64,000 nt of DNA, from IMG/VR virus record IMGVR_UViG_3300012663_000526, positions 1 through 64,000 of that record; one strand, 5' to 3'. Positions 8,878-18,562 of this stretch are shown piece by piece; position 1 is the stretch's first letter, and each line of letters starts with the position of its first letter. The DNA is from a virus. The notes beneath the pieces were generated by a model. That model had not been told where the DNA came from. It ran no database searches and saw only the letters and a program-made list of their open reading frames with translations. The position numbers were made by a program, and so were the translations under genes.

Positions 8878-9101
8878 TTAAGTATTGGTCCTATATATTG
8901 GCAGCAATTGGAGTTACAGGCATATTCTTTGTAGGCCGTAAGACCATATGGGGATGGCTAATCCTATGTGTGAACGAGTGCCTATGGATCGTATATGCTG
9001 TGACGACTCAGCAATATGGATTTATCTTTGCAGCTATAGCCTATGGAATTGTATACATTAAGTCTTATCTGTTGTGGAGAAAAGATCTCACGACGCCCTA
9101 A
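8874..9101 (+). CDS. Small PnuC-like membrane protein
   Basis: Three TM segments with GRKTIWGW and QQYGF patterns. Confidence 0.5.
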   Translation: MIKYWSYILAAIGVTGIFFVGRKTIWGWLILCVNECLWIVYAVTTQQYGFIFAAIAYGIVYIKSYLLWRKDLTTP

Positions 9102-9983
9102 CTAGGGCGGTGTGTGAAATAAATAGCACTATTCCCTATGGTATATATATAACCATATACCCCGATATAAGGCCATTTGAGCCAATTCACGCATATGCAG
9201 CAAGGAGTAGGTTGCTCCTACTCCTAATATCACCTTGTAGAGCCATTTAAAGTGGTTTAAAGTGGTGTATAGTGGAGCAATATGGAGTAATAATACTAAA
9301 AGAATATCATATAATACTAATGATTTATACTATTAATTATATATGTGTATTCGATCATATTAACTAGGCTTCGTAATCATTTGCGGGATAATACCATATA
9401 AAAACATGGATGTCAATAGCATCGATATAACAATATGCTGGGAATTTCCGTGATATTTTGGGCGATTTCGTAATGTTTTTTTTGGATAATTTTGCCCAAT
9501 AATGCACGAAATATAATGAATAATTAATTAATTTGTCATATTCTGGGTATATTTCACCAGATAATTAATCATATTTATTTACTCCTATATATACCTATGC
9601 AAGGAGTGTTAGATGTCTATGTCACCGCCCGCCTGGAGGCGGCGGTGAGGGATCTATCCATTATAGCTATAGTATATATACCTTGTCAATATTTCAGTGA
9701 TATATATCACAATGTCGTAATGTCTATTAGAATAAATTCATATAAAATTTCAGGGAAAATTTGGATCACATCGTAATGTATATTAGTTTATGTTGACATT
9801 ATATCCACATAGATATCCACAGGGTGTGGATAAAGTTGTGGATAACTTATGTCCTATATGTCCGAATTGACAAGCATGATTTTATATGGTAGATTTCAGT
9901 GAAATTTGACAAGCCTTCGTAAATGTGATATAGATACCGATGCGGCATACCCTGGCTTTTGTCAAGCCAGAGCTGCCGTGTGT
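9102..9983. other. AT-rich non-coding convergence region with DnaA-box cluster
   Basis: No ORF of 60 aa or more; ATATCCACA at 9801 and 9813, TGTGGATAA at 9825 and 9837; GC hairpin 9622-9648; minus-strand TTGACA/TATAAT promoter 9660-9689. Confidence 0.7.
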
Positions 9984-10331
9984 TTAGATCAGCACACCCG
10001 AATATGCTGCTATAAACTTGTCCCAAGAAACTGAGACATTATCTGTAACGGTCTTAGTTGTGAAGTCAACAATAATTGTTTGCTCACCTAAATCATACCC
10101 GTCGTTATCAATTGCATAGATTCCAAATCCCGTTTCATCCAGGATTGAATGTTGGATGAGATGACTGATAATCATCCTTGTTCCATATGATGAATCTTGC
10201 CAGCGGGGTTTAGCGTGTTCCATTGCCGCTGCCAGGTCTTGCTGCCAGGAATCCTGTCCCCAGTGTGAATACAGTACTACTAGTGGACCCGTCTCTGAAT
10301 CCTTGAATACGAAATTAATCCGTGCTCCCAT
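9984..10331 (-). CDS. Hypothetical early protein (YxHW motif family)
   Basis: MGAR...LYSHWG; 115 aa. Confidence 0.7.
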   Translation of the reverse strand: MGARINFVFKDSETGPLVVLYSHWGQDSWQQDLAAAMEHAKPRWQDSSYGTRMIISHLIQHSILDETGFGIYAIDNDGYDLGEQTIIVDFTTKTVTDNVSVSWDKFIAAYSGVLI

Positions 10332-10632
10332 TTGTTTCCTCCGCAGGTGGTAGTTGTATGTTTAGTGTTTTTCTGAAGTAGTTCTTCAGATTGTTGTAAG
10401 ACAAGACTATCACATCTTGGCCTTCTTTTTCTACTGTCTTTAGGTGTTGAAGTTGATAGCCGATAGAGTAGGAAATACCCAAATCGTTATCCTGTAAGAA
10501 CTCTAGAACCTCAGCTTTATTCCTATCTAGTTTAGCAACCATTGCAAACACCCTGTAAGTCAATGTGCCAAACGGAATGGTTTCGCCGTCAGCCTTACAC
10601 CATTCTAGGATTTCTTGCTCTACTGTGTCCAT
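10315..10632 (-). CDS. Hypothetical protein
   Basis: Overlapping operon arrangement, GAGGAG RBS. Confidence 0.65.
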   Translation of the reverse strand: MDTVEQEILEWCKADGETIPFGTLTYRVFAMVAKLDRNKAEVLEFLQDNDLGISYSIGYQLQHLKTVEKEGQDVIVLSYNNLKNYFRKTLNIQLPPAEETNGSTD

Positions 10633-10955
10633 TGTTCTCCTCTGTTATTATTCCATTCTACTACAGGTGGTTCATACTTGTCAATGATTGCGATTGCATT
10701 AGGGTCATCTTCGATTATAGTGTTAATCATTCCTGCCGTCTGCACAGTCTGCTCATCTTTTAGATGATAGTTTTCGTGCTTCCAATCTACCGCCCAATAT
10801 CTAATGGCGTGTAAGAATATCCGCATAAACCTGCGCTGAACTTTAGGAGGCTGATTCATCATCATATAAGCAAAGTTGCCGTCCTGAAACCTTATGTCTG
10901 CAATTGAATCAACAAGTTTATCCACCGCTTTCTGTTCTCGTGAGCGATTATCCAT
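10620..10955 (-). CDS. Hypothetical protein
   Basis: Directly downstream of a TTGACG...TGCTAGAAT promoter. Confidence 0.7.
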   Translation of the reverse strand: MDNRSREQKAVDKLVDSIADIRFQDGNFAYMMMNQPPKVQRRFMRIFLHAIRYWAVDWKHENYHLKDEQTVQTAGMINTIIEDDPNAIAIIDKYEPPVVEWNNNRGEQWTQ

Positions 10956-11131
10956 ATGACTTCCATTCTAGCATAGCGGTGAGGTCACCGTCAACTTACT
11001 CCGTGGGTATTTCTCCGCCTAATTCTGTAATCAAACGGGCCAGGCGGTCTAACACAAACTGAAAGTCAATACGATCATTACCAGTATAGGCAAGGACTTG
11101 GTAGGCTTCAGCCAATTCTTCTGCCAGGTAT

Positions 11132-11503
11132 TCACTCGTCAGAATCATCTTCATCCTCAATTTCTTCTAGGTCTTCCTTTAGCAGTGCGTGGTCATGTTC
11201 TACAAGATAGTCAATGATCTCTTCATACAACTGTTCAGGTCCGTACTCTAAAGAGAATACTAGGTCGTGTTTTAGGATGTGCTCCCATACAGCAGAGATG
11301 TCTGATTTAAAAATGTAATCAGAATTCTCAGGGTCCGCATTGCTATCATTAATTAAACAAACAATGGTGTCGAATACGTACATATCAGAAAGGGAAGGTC
11401 TGACATATGTCTCAGTATACTTAGTCATTGTGTTGTTAAGTTTGATCATTTCGTCAACACGCTCTTTTACATTAGTTACGTTCACGGGCCTTAGTCCTCT
11501 CAT
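11132..11503 (-). CDS. Acidic hypothetical protein (start probably further downstream)
   Basis: ORF track; FSLEYG motif, acidic tail. Confidence 0.6.
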   Translation of the reverse strand: MRGLRPVNVTNVKERVDEMIKLNNTMTKYTETYVRPSLSDMYVFDTIVCLINDSNADPENSDYIFKSDISAVWEHILKHDLVFSLEYGPEQLYEEIIDYLVEHDHALLKEDLEEIEDEDDSDE

Positions 11504-11762
11504 TAATAGCGAATGCTAGTTGATATGTTAGTGCATATACCTCACCAAATGCGTCAAGTCGTCCCTCTGCACGTGTGCGGTCCATAGATATCATAGCGTC
11601 TGAGAAGTCACTCTCCTCTTCCTCCTTAGATATCTCTTGATATACTTGCTCTGCCATTAGCATTAGATTCTTTAGTTCTCCGTGAAGAATATCTGTTCCG
11701 CTGACGCCTGCGTCAATCATCTTCTGCAAGTGCGGCGGCAATACTGTTGTATCGGTTTCCAT
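11472..11762 (-). CDS. Hypothetical protein
   Basis: 96 aa; TAATG coupling with the upstream gene. Confidence 0.7.
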   Translation of the reverse strand: METDTTVLPPHLQKMIDAGVSGTDILHGELKNLMLMAEQVYQEISKEEEESDFSDAMISMDRTRAEGRLDAFGEVYALTYQLAFAINERTKARERN

Positions 11763-11962
11763 TAGTATCCCTTTCCTTGGATGTCTTCATTTAGTATATC
11801 AGTTGCCACTGACAAAAGGTGTCGTGTGTTATAAATCTCAGCTTCCTTAACCCTATAGAAATGATGTTCGTTAACATAATCAATCTTCTCAAGGTCCTGC
11901 ATAAGGCTTACCTCATGTATCTTTATATACTCAACCATCTGATTAATTTTATTTCCCATCAA
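11762..11962 (-). CDS. Hypothetical protein
   Basis: 66 aa in a coupled operon. Confidence 0.6.
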   Translation of the reverse strand: MMGNKINQMVEYIKIHEVSLMQDLEKIDYVNEHHFYRVKEAEIYNTRHLLSVATDILNEDIQGKGY

Positions 11963-12128
11963 AGTATCCCTCTGCCCATAGGCCCTGCAAGAAACTCACC
12001 GTATCTTGTAGGTCATTAACTAGTTCAGATTTGTCTAATAAGTCTGACGGGTACTTAAGATAGAATAACTTAGCATCGTGTACAGCATTAGTCATTCTGT
12101 TTAAGTCTGCTTCCGTATAGCCTAACAT
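11949..12128 (-). CDS. Hypothetical protein (59 aa; not in ORF track)
   Basis: MLGYTEADLNRM...FLQGLWAEGYFDGK with GGAGG RBS. Confidence 0.6.
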   Translation of the reverse strand: MLGYTEADLNRMTNAVHDAKLFYLKYPSDLLDKSELVNDLQDTVSFLQGLWAEGYFDGK

Positions 12129-12268
12129 TCAATTGCCTCCATATACTTTACAATAGTAGTAAGTGTTGTGTGAATATAGCAATCACAATCGTCTGATGTA
12201 TCTCTGTCATCAAAATGTGCAAGGTTGTCGTCATAGATATAATCAATTAGTTCTTGAGTAGTAATCAT
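12122..12268 (-). CDS. Hypothetical protein (48 aa; not in ORF track)
   Basis: MITTQELIDYIYDDNL...CDCYIH; fills the operon gap. Confidence 0.55.
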   Translation of the reverse strand: MITTQELIDYIYDDNLAHFDDRDTSDDCDCYIHTTLTTIVKYMEAIEC

Positions 12269-12480
12269 AGTAGGAATTCATCTCCCTCAATATAGCCATA
12301 GTATTCGTTATACTGTTGCTTTAGTCCGTCTGACGCAAATTGCATAAACATATGCTCTGCGTAGTCAGGACCTTCATCTAAATTCTTTGCAGACCATTGG
12401 TCAAATAGGTGCTCAGAGATTTCCTGTTGAATAGCGCCTGTAATGTGCTCTGCAACTGTATCTATGAACTGTTCCGCCAT
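12265..12480 (-). CDS. Acidic hypothetical protein
   Basis: GAAAGG RBS; promoter TTGACA, 18 nt, TAAACT upstream. Confidence 0.7.
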   Translation of the reverse strand: MAEQFIDTVAEHITGAIQQEISEHLFDQWSAKNLDEGPDYAEHMFMQFASDGLKQQYNEYYGYIEGDEFLL

Positions 12481-12744
12481 TGTATTGCCTTTCGTAGTAG
12501 GTATATTAAGTTTAGCAGTTGAACTTTCAGTGTGTCAAGCCATTTGGTCGTAAAGTGATTAAGATCACATTGGGGAAAATTAGTGGGTGAGCCAGGACCC
12601 CGAATTCCCAGCTCACCCGAATGCAGGCTGCGCTGTGCGCTTTATTTAACAACTAGAATAGACAATCATTCTGATAGCTGCACCTACACCATCACCTACC
12701 CGTGACATCTTCTATTTTACTCTACCAGGATAGAGTTTGTCAAA

Positions 12745-12930
12745 TTACTCCCAGCGGAGTGTATACTTATTTACTTTGAGATTGTCTTTACCGCTGCAGT
12801 AATCTGCAACAGCTTTAGATCTCAGTGATTTTGGTTCCTTCTCCGTAACAGAGATAAACTTATCAAGAGCGTCAGCTCCAGTTACCCCCGCAAACATGAT
12901 GAATGAGCCATCTCTAATAATCCAAGCCAT
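12745..12930 (-). CDS. Hypothetical protein
   Basis: 61 aa; coupled to the upstream gene. Confidence 0.55.
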   Translation of the reverse strand: MAWIIRDGSFIMFAGVTGADALDKFISVTEKEPKSLRSKAVADYCSGKDNLKVNKYTLRWE

Positions 12931-13133
12931 TATTCTTCCTCTCTATCTTGAAGCTCCAGGAAGTCCCCAGATTCAATTAAATCTATTAGTCTTGAGTACA
13001 TAAAAATTACATCAGGGTCCGTAGACTTATCTGCTGCTTCCTCTAGTTGCTCTAGTAGGTCTTCTTTGGCCTGCCTGTACCCGTCAGTCCATCCTTCTGT
13101 ATACTGCATATGTTGATTGTCCTCCAATCTCAT
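12930..13133 (-). CDS. Acidic hypothetical protein
   Basis: Y.EGW.DGY motif. Confidence 0.55.
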   Translation of the reverse strand: MRLEDNQHMQYTEGWTDGYRQAKEDLLEQLEEAADKSTDPDVIFMYSRLIDLIESGDFLELQDREEE

Positions 13134-13332
13134 CTCCGTAAGGCGCCATTGGTTTAACGTCCTCTTCTGATAAAATTGTAGCACCAACTTTGTTAACTAC
13201 AGCAGCAACCTTTTCTAAGTAGTTGCTATTAATTTCGATCACAGTCCCACCTAGGTGGTCCGCCTCTATCCCAAACTTAAGGGCTTCGAATAGGGCGGTG
13301 GCCACCTTGGGAGTACTAATTGTTGTAATCAT
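13084..13332 (-). CDS. Hypothetical protein
   Basis: 82 aa; TAATG coupling. Confidence 0.6.
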   Translation of the reverse strand: MITTISTPKVATALFEALKFGIEADHLGGTVIEINSNYLEKVAAVVNKVGATILSEEDVKPMAPYGDEIGGQSTYAVYRRMD

Positions 13333-13994
13333 TAGTTCCAGTCAACATCCGTGTTTTCAACGGTCCAAGAATCAATTGAGACATTGCCATTGTTTGAATC
13401 AATGCACAACTCATCCTGTAGGAAATAATGTGCGTCAAAGTCATTGACCTCATCCAGTGGCAGTTCAACCTCGACATCAACTTGGATTGTTGCTGAGATA
13501 GTTACTGTCTTCGTAAGAGAGATGTCCAGGAATTCTGCAATCTCTGTTAACGCTTCCTGGTCATCTGAGTCAGCAAAGCGTTCCCCAATATAATCACGAA
13601 CGTTATTAATCTTATCTTGGAGCACGGCATTATGCTTTGAGGCCTGGCGTCCATTGTGTAGGTCCCATTCAAGGCTTGTTACCTTTTCTGTAACAATTTC
13701 AGGGTCCGAGTAACCGTGAATCTTCTTATACGTAACTAATTGGTTAGGGTTGTATTCTGAACCAAGGTCAATTGTTGCTTCTAGGTTTTCTAGCATTTGT
13801 TCTCTTTCTTTAGTAGGTGTATTAAGTGTAGCATGCTCGACTGACAATAATGTAGTCTTACGGCCACATGGACATGTTAGCTCTGTCACACCAGATGGGA
13901 ATCCAAATCCATCTGATGATGTTAGTTCAATTAAACAGTCACATTCATCTGGATCACAAATGAAGGTGTACTTGCTTGATACTAAATCTGTCAT
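13332..13994 (-). CDS. Hypothetical protein with N-terminal Zn-ribbon
   Basis: CDPDECDC...CPCG; acidic C-terminal domain. Confidence 0.7.
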   Translation of the reverse strand: MTDLVSSKYTFICDPDECDCLIELTSSDGFGFPSGVTELTCPCGRKTTLLSVEHATLNTPTKEREQMLENLEATIDLGSEYNPNQLVTYKKIHGYSDPEIVTEKVTSLEWDLHNGRQASKHNAVLQDKINNVRDYIGERFADSDDQEALTEIAEFLDISLTKTVTISATIQVDVEVELPLDEVNDFDAHYFLQDELCIDSNNGNVSIDSWTVENTDVDWN

Positions 13995-14161
13995 TGCTCC
14001 TCCAATTCCCAAGATGTGTCAGGCCAACCTAAGTCATATTTGATAATACTCTCAACTTGACCAAGGTCGTCAAGATGTCCGTTTATCTTATCTATTGCTT
14101 CCTGTTCGCTATTAGCGCCAACTGCTCCGTGTAATTTAATCACAAAGTTATAGTACGCCAT
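13991..14161 (-). CDS. Hypothetical protein (56 aa; not in ORF track)
   Basis: MAYYNFVIKLHGAVGA...; fills the gap with overlaps on both sides. Confidence 0.55.
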   Translation of the reverse strand: MAYYNFVIKLHGAVGANSEQEAIDKINGHLDDLGQVESIIKYDLGWPDTSWELEEQ

Positions 14162-14942
14162 TTAGAGCCTCTTCCTGTGTATAGGTTTTGATAGGTGGAG
14201 TGTTCTTATGGTCTTCACATTCCTTCATAGCCTCTTCATCTCTCCAAGAGCCTTCTCCACATTCTGAGCAGAACTCACCGCAGTCATTTTCGCAATATGC
14301 AACACAGTCAAAAGATTGGCAAGCGTAGCAACGAGTTTCATACTCTAATAGTTCTTTTACTTCTCCACGGACAATCTCGTATTCCCCACCCCAACCTGTT
14401 TCTTCCTCAAACTCTAATGTAAGTAGGCAGTTAGGAACTAAGTTAGATAACTTAGTTAAGATTGTAACGGCAGGCGACCAAGCAGTTTCATACTTGTAGA
14501 CAACCCAGTTATCATCACCCTCTGATTTATATTCAAGTAACTCTGTATTTGAATACTCTTCATCATCACGAACGGCTACATCCCACTTAGTTCCCCAATT
14601 AGAATTATTCCAAGAATACCAATCCTTCTGAGTCTTAGCAAACTCAACAGATTTGCGGAACCAATCAGGGTCATTAGTGTCAATACCACCACGAGAAGGT
14701 TGGCAAGCATATTCCTCATCAGTAATTCCGTCATCCTTATATGAGTGGATATTATGGAAAGCAAAGACAGGATTATTATATTCAACTAATTTAATTTTGG
14801 TGGGGAAACCTGAAGAACTAATATCACCCATACCATAAGTCTCTTGTGCAAGAGTAAATGGCTTATTCAATCTATCTTTAATCATATCTACCTCAGACTT
14901 AGGTCCTTGGATAGTTAATGTGTTATATACCCAGTTTGGCAT
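14148..14942 (-). CDS. DUF1281/YubB ferredoxin-like domain protein with Cys-rich tail
   Basis: MPNW.YN.L, W..WN..NWGTKWD, YETAWSP motifs. Confidence 0.8.
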   Translation of the reverse strand: MPNWVYNTLTIQGPKSEVDMIKDRLNKPFTLAQETYGMGDISSSGFPTKIKLVEYNNPVFAFHNIHSYKDDGITDEEYACQPSRGGIDTNDPDWFRKSVEFAKTQKDWYSWNNSNWGTKWDVAVRDDEEYSNTELLEYKSEGDDNWVVYKYETAWSPAVTILTKLSNLVPNCLLTLEFEEETGWGGEYEIVRGEVKELLEYETRCYACQSFDCVAYCENDCGEFCSECGEGSWRDEEAMKECEDHKNTPPIKTYTQEEALNGVL

Positions 14943-15115
14943 ATTGTTCCTTTCGGGTTGGAAATGGTTACATCTAATACTAGCATAGCCGTAATGGGTA
15001 GCGCAACTCTAGATTTCCACAAATTCTGGGATATCTGCGTAATGCCCGTAATGTGATCAAAATCATATGCCGCAGCGCCGAATATTTATGCAGAGCTTTG
15101 CATATTTATTTATTG

Positions 15116-15189
15116 CGATCTGTATCGGACTTGAACCGACGACCTCTACCGTGACAGGGTAGCGCTCTAACCAACTGAGCTAACAGACC
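15116..15189 (-). tRNA. tRNA-Asp(GUC)
   Basis: GGTCTGTTAGCTCAGTTGGTTAGAGCG-CTACC-CTGTCAC-GGTAG...GGTTCAAGTCC; G73; no encoded CCA. Confidence 0.92.
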
Positions 15190-15195
15190 AAATGG

Positions 15196-15223
15196 TGAGC
15201 AGTTTTAAATCTTGCTCAGGATT
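15196..15223 (-). ncRNA. H-type pseudoknot motif, copy 3
   Basis: AATC-C-TGAGCA-A-GATT-TAAAAC-TGCTCA. Confidence 0.65.
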
Positions 15224-15228
15224 TTTAT

Positions 15229-16242
15229 TTATGCGATTGCTAAAACTGTTTTCACAATTTTTGCTAAGCGATTTTTTTCTGCGTTGATTTGTGCATCGAA
15301 TCCACTTGCAGCAGCAAGTAGAGATTCTTGCTTACCACCACGAGCAGTGCGAGCCCAGTCAAGGCGTTCAGTTAGTGCATTTAGTGCGCCCCAACCAGTG
15401 CCAGCAATCATCCCGTTGAATTCACCAGTGTATAAATCGTTGATTGTATCCACTTTTGTTTCCCACTTTTTGATTGCGCCCTTTGTATCCTTCTCAGGCT
15501 TTGGATAAGCCGCAAGAATGATGTCGTTGAATTGCTTAGCATTGACTGACTTCTCATAGAGAGCGTTAGCCAACTTTGAGAATTCGTCCATATAAAAATC
15601 TGCCATTCCTAGTGCTTGACGAGCAATAGCAATTTTTCCTTCGGCGGTTTGCGTGTGGCGAATCTTGAATGATTGCTTTACGCCACCCTTTTTCTTAGCA
15701 CCTAATGCAAGATTAAGAGTGTTAGCACACACAACACGAACAGGTGTAATGCTTGCTTGAATTGCAATAGAACCATCGTGTGATGTGTTGATGAGCAAAT
15801 AAGTTTTTACAACATCATTGACACCAGTAGGGTCTAGAACAACTTCACGCTCTAGAGCAAGGGAGCCGAACACAACACGACCACCCTTGATTGAACCAGC
15901 AGTTTCCCAGCGACCTCCGCCATCTAGGATGTTATCACCAAATGCAAATAAATCTTCATTTTGCAATGGAACATAACGCTGACCCACTACACCAAGAACA
16001 TCGGTTTGTGAATTGTCGGTAGGATTAGTGCGTAGAACATACTGATAGTCTTTATCAGATGTTAGGTGATTTGGAACTTCCAAATCTTCTAAGCGGACAT
16101 TCCATCCATTTAGATTTGCAAGAGATAGCATTTCGGATGTATTTACTTCATCAGTAAATACGGTTCCTAAGCCGTGCCAAGCAGGTTCACGGAATGAGGC
16201 AAAAGATGTTTTGCCATTTTGACTTTCGAGGTCGTGCGCCAT
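15229..16242 (-). CDS. DUF932 family (phage/plasmid-like, TIGR03299-type) protein
   Basis: MAH...REPAWHGLG, Y.PLQN, ETAGS..GGR.VF, SHDGS, TPVRVVCANTL, RHT, TGWGALNA.TE. Confidence 0.9.
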   Translation of the reverse strand: MAHDLESQNGKTSFASFREPAWHGLGTVFTDEVNTSEMLSLANLNGWNVRLEDLEVPNHLTSDKDYQYVLRTNPTDNSQTDVLGVVGQRYVPLQNEDLFAFGDNILDGGGRWETAGSIKGGRVVFGSLALEREVVLDPTGVNDVVKTYLLINTSHDGSIAIQASITPVRVVCANTLNLALGAKKKGGVKQSFKIRHTQTAEGKIAIARQALGMADFYMDEFSKLANALYEKSVNAKQFNDIILAAYPKPEKDTKGAIKKWETKVDTINDLYTGEFNGMIAGTGWGALNALTERLDWARTARGGKQESLLAAASGFDAQINAEKNRLAKIVKTVLAIA

Positions 16243-16411
16243 ATTTTCCTTCTTTCTTTGTTGTTATTTCAAGTATAACAGGATGAACTGACAGATGTCA
16301 ATTCGTATAGGTAAAAATGTCCGATTTTCGATGTGATCAAATTCACACCCGTAAGCCTGTGGATAAGCCTGTGGATAACCGCCTCGCATTTCTGCGGGGC
16401 TTTGTCAAGTC

Positions 16412-16597
16412 CTATTTCATTTTAGTAATTAGTTCCCAGAAGGTGGGCGGGTCAAGATTTGTTTGCGCCTTTACATTATTATAAGTTTTATCATTTAGCA
16501 GTGCAGTAATAATAAAAAACGGCGCAATAAAAAAGAAGATAAGCAAGAGCACAAAACCACTACCAATTAGATAGCCAATAAACTCATACAAATCCAT
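16412..16597 (-). CDS. Small membrane protein
   Basis: Single long hydrophobic helix. Confidence 0.5.
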   Translation of the reverse strand: MDLYEFIGYLIGSGFVLLLIFFFIAPFFIITALLNDKTYNNVKAQTNLDPPTFWELITKMK

Positions 16598-16608
16598 AGT
16601 CTATTGTC

Positions 16609-17079
16609 TCACGCTTCTACTAGGCTTGGCAAATCGTATCTATCTTCAGTTATTTTTGCTTGGTCAATGTCTGACATTTTAGATTGCCATAATGATAGAT
16701 TGGATTCAAGACGGTCACCAAAAACTCTTACAAAATCTGCAAGGTCTACGGTCTCACCAGTCATACAAGATTTAAGTACATCGATACCTAGGTACACTCG
16801 ACTATCACCGCTCCACCCAATTGAAACAGGTACCAGGCACGTACGATACTCATCTTGAATCCAACCCACCCCCTCTCCACAAATCACAGCGTGTTTAGCA
16901 CATCCATATGCATCAGGTTCATTAATCATAACAAGCAATAGATCTTCTACAGAATGGTTCTTCATATATTCAACGGGGTCCATATCATAAGTTGCAACCT
17001 GGATATCCCGTGCACGTTCCAATAGCTTAGCTTGATCAAGCTTGTACCCAATAAAACCTCGTGTGCGTTCTCTTGACAT
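16609..17079 (-). CDS. Hypothetical protein
   Basis: AGGAG RBS; 156 aa. Confidence 0.7.
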   Translation of the reverse strand: MSRERTRGFIGYKLDQAKLLERARDIQVATYDMDPVEYMKNHSVEDLLLVMINEPDAYGCAKHAVICGEGVGWIQDEYRTCLVPVSIGWSGDSRVYLGIDVLKSCMTGETVDLADFVRVFGDRLESNLSLWQSKMSDIDQAKITEDRYDLPSLVEA

Positions 17080-17088
17080 ATATATCTC

Positions 17089-17838
17089 CTATTTCTTAGT
17101 AGCGCTAAATCGAATGTCGGCCTTACCATAAACGCATAGGCCACAAGATACGCAGGCGGACCCATTGCTAGAGATTAAAGGAATAGACTTATTATTCTCA
17201 GGGCACTTGGCCCCTACCTTACCAGTTAATTCTTTCATCTTATCAGCGGTTACGGCAAAAGTTTTTCCAAGGTATGCAAGGCGGACCTCATAATCCTTTT
17301 TTAACTCTTCTCCAATTGTAGCATTTTCGTCATCGGTTGAAAAGTATAGGGAAAGGTTACTAGTATTGTTTAGAATAAGTGCAGCACTCTTCACACGTGT
17401 GTATACCCAAAATTGAATTTCAGGATGATTAGTGATAACAGTCTTCCAGGCATGCGTGTAAGTATCATTAAAGAAATCGCCGTCCCAATGAATGCGGAAT
17501 AACTTAGGCGCCTCTTTTTTATCACAATCAGCAATAAATTCTACAATCATCTCATCTAATAGTCTAACCATAGTTTCGCTATCGGCGTCTTTTAGTAGGG
17601 CCCAGTTATGAAGAAGATTAGTCTTTACTCCCTTGAATAATTTTTCAAGCTTCCCAGCGTAGCAAACAGTCTCACAGATAGACGTTGCACCAGGACAAGA
17701 AAAGTCTTTTCCTGCAGGTAATCCGAACGTGTTGGCAATTGCTGCTTGCTTTCCATTTTTTGTGACAAGGTTAGCAACCTTTCTATCATTTGAGCGTTTT
17801 AGTTTCATAGGAATAATTGTATCGGTTGACACTGACAT
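17089..17838 (-). CDS. Gp88-like Fe-S/Cys protein (radical-SAM-related fold)
   Basis: FGLPAG..SCPGAT..C...CYA, FRIHWDGDF, FWVYTR, CPE...C..CGLC. Confidence 0.8.
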   Translation of the reverse strand: MSVSTDTIIPMKLKRSNDRKVANLVTKNGKQAAIANTFGLPAGKDFSCPGATSICETVCYAGKLEKLFKGVKTNLLHNWALLKDADSETMVRLLDEMIVEFIADCDKKEAPKLFRIHWDGDFFNDTYTHAWKTVITNHPEIQFWVYTRVKSAALILNNTSNLSLYFSTDDENATIGEELKKDYEVRLAYLGKTFAVTADKMKELTGKVGAKCPENNKSIPLISSNGSACVSCGLCVYGKADIRFSATKK

Positions 17839-17981
17839 TATAGGTCCCCCATTTCAGCGTCGGCCATACGTGTTTCCATATAGTCATCACGATACCAAAT
17901 TGGATCGGATGAAGAATAGCCTTTTATACAGATAGTGCAGATAGAGTAGTTGGTGCAGTAACAAGAATTAATATCGTTCAT
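17838..17981 (-). CDS. Small Cys-rich protein
   Basis: CYC....CTIC; GAAAGG RBS. Confidence 0.55.
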   Translation of the reverse strand: MNDINSCYCTNYSICTICIKGYSSSDPIWYRDDYMETRMADAEMGDL

Positions 17982-18125
17982 TAATTCGCCTTTCGTTCGG
18001 GTGTATAACAATTCTAGCAAACATTTCAGGGGATATCAATTCCTACTCGTAAGTAGGGTGTGATGTTGATCACATGCCGCCTCGCATTTTCAGCGATTTT
18101 GTCAAGTAGCTCGTATGTGGTGTGT

Positions 18126-18231
18126 TGAGCAGTTTATACACTTACTCAGGTGATAGAGAGGCAGGATCCTTAGTCTGGAACCCCTCTAATTATTTAATTG
18201 TGTTGAGCAGTTTTTACACTTGCTCAGGTGT
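18126..18231 (-). ncRNA. Two tandem pseudoknot motifs (copies 4 and 5) separated by a hairpin
   Basis: 18204-18231 ACAC/GTGT plus TGAGCA/TGCTCA; 18126-18152 CAC/GTG plus TGAGTA/TGCTCA. Confidence 0.65.
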
Positions 18232-18270
18232 TTCGCAATTTATCGTTATGCGAGAACGATTGCGCTTTTG

Positions 18271-18453
18271 TTATGCGCCAATTTTTACCATAGCCCACCG
18301 CATACCATTTTCGGTTTGCAAAGATAACTTAGTTAGGTTTGGTCGGACAGAAACAATTTCACGAATAGAACCTGTTATACCTGACTTACCTGTTGTGAAA
18401 GTATCTCCAATTCGGTAGAACTTTCCTTTTGTTGTATCCATTACTGGCGACAT
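18271..18453 (-). CDS. Small SH3/KOW-like protein, paralog of 19077-19223
   Basis: IGDTFTTGKSGITGSIREIV...RW. Confidence 0.7.
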   Translation of the reverse strand: MSPVMDTTKGKFYRIGDTFTTGKSGITGSIREIVSVRPNLTKLSLQTENGMRWAMVKIGA

Positions 18454-18483
18454 TTTATTCCTTCTTTCGGGTAGTTGTTGTGT

Positions 18484-18512
18484 TGAGCCTTTTCACAACT
18501 TGCTCAGGTTGT
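18484..18512 (-). ncRNA. H-type pseudoknot motif, copy 6
   Basis: ACAAC-C-TGAGC-AA-GTTGT-GAAAAG-GCTCA. Confidence 0.6.
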
Positions 18513-18562
18513 CCCACTCTAATTATTTATACACGCATTTCTGTGGGGCGTGTTGATTTTAT

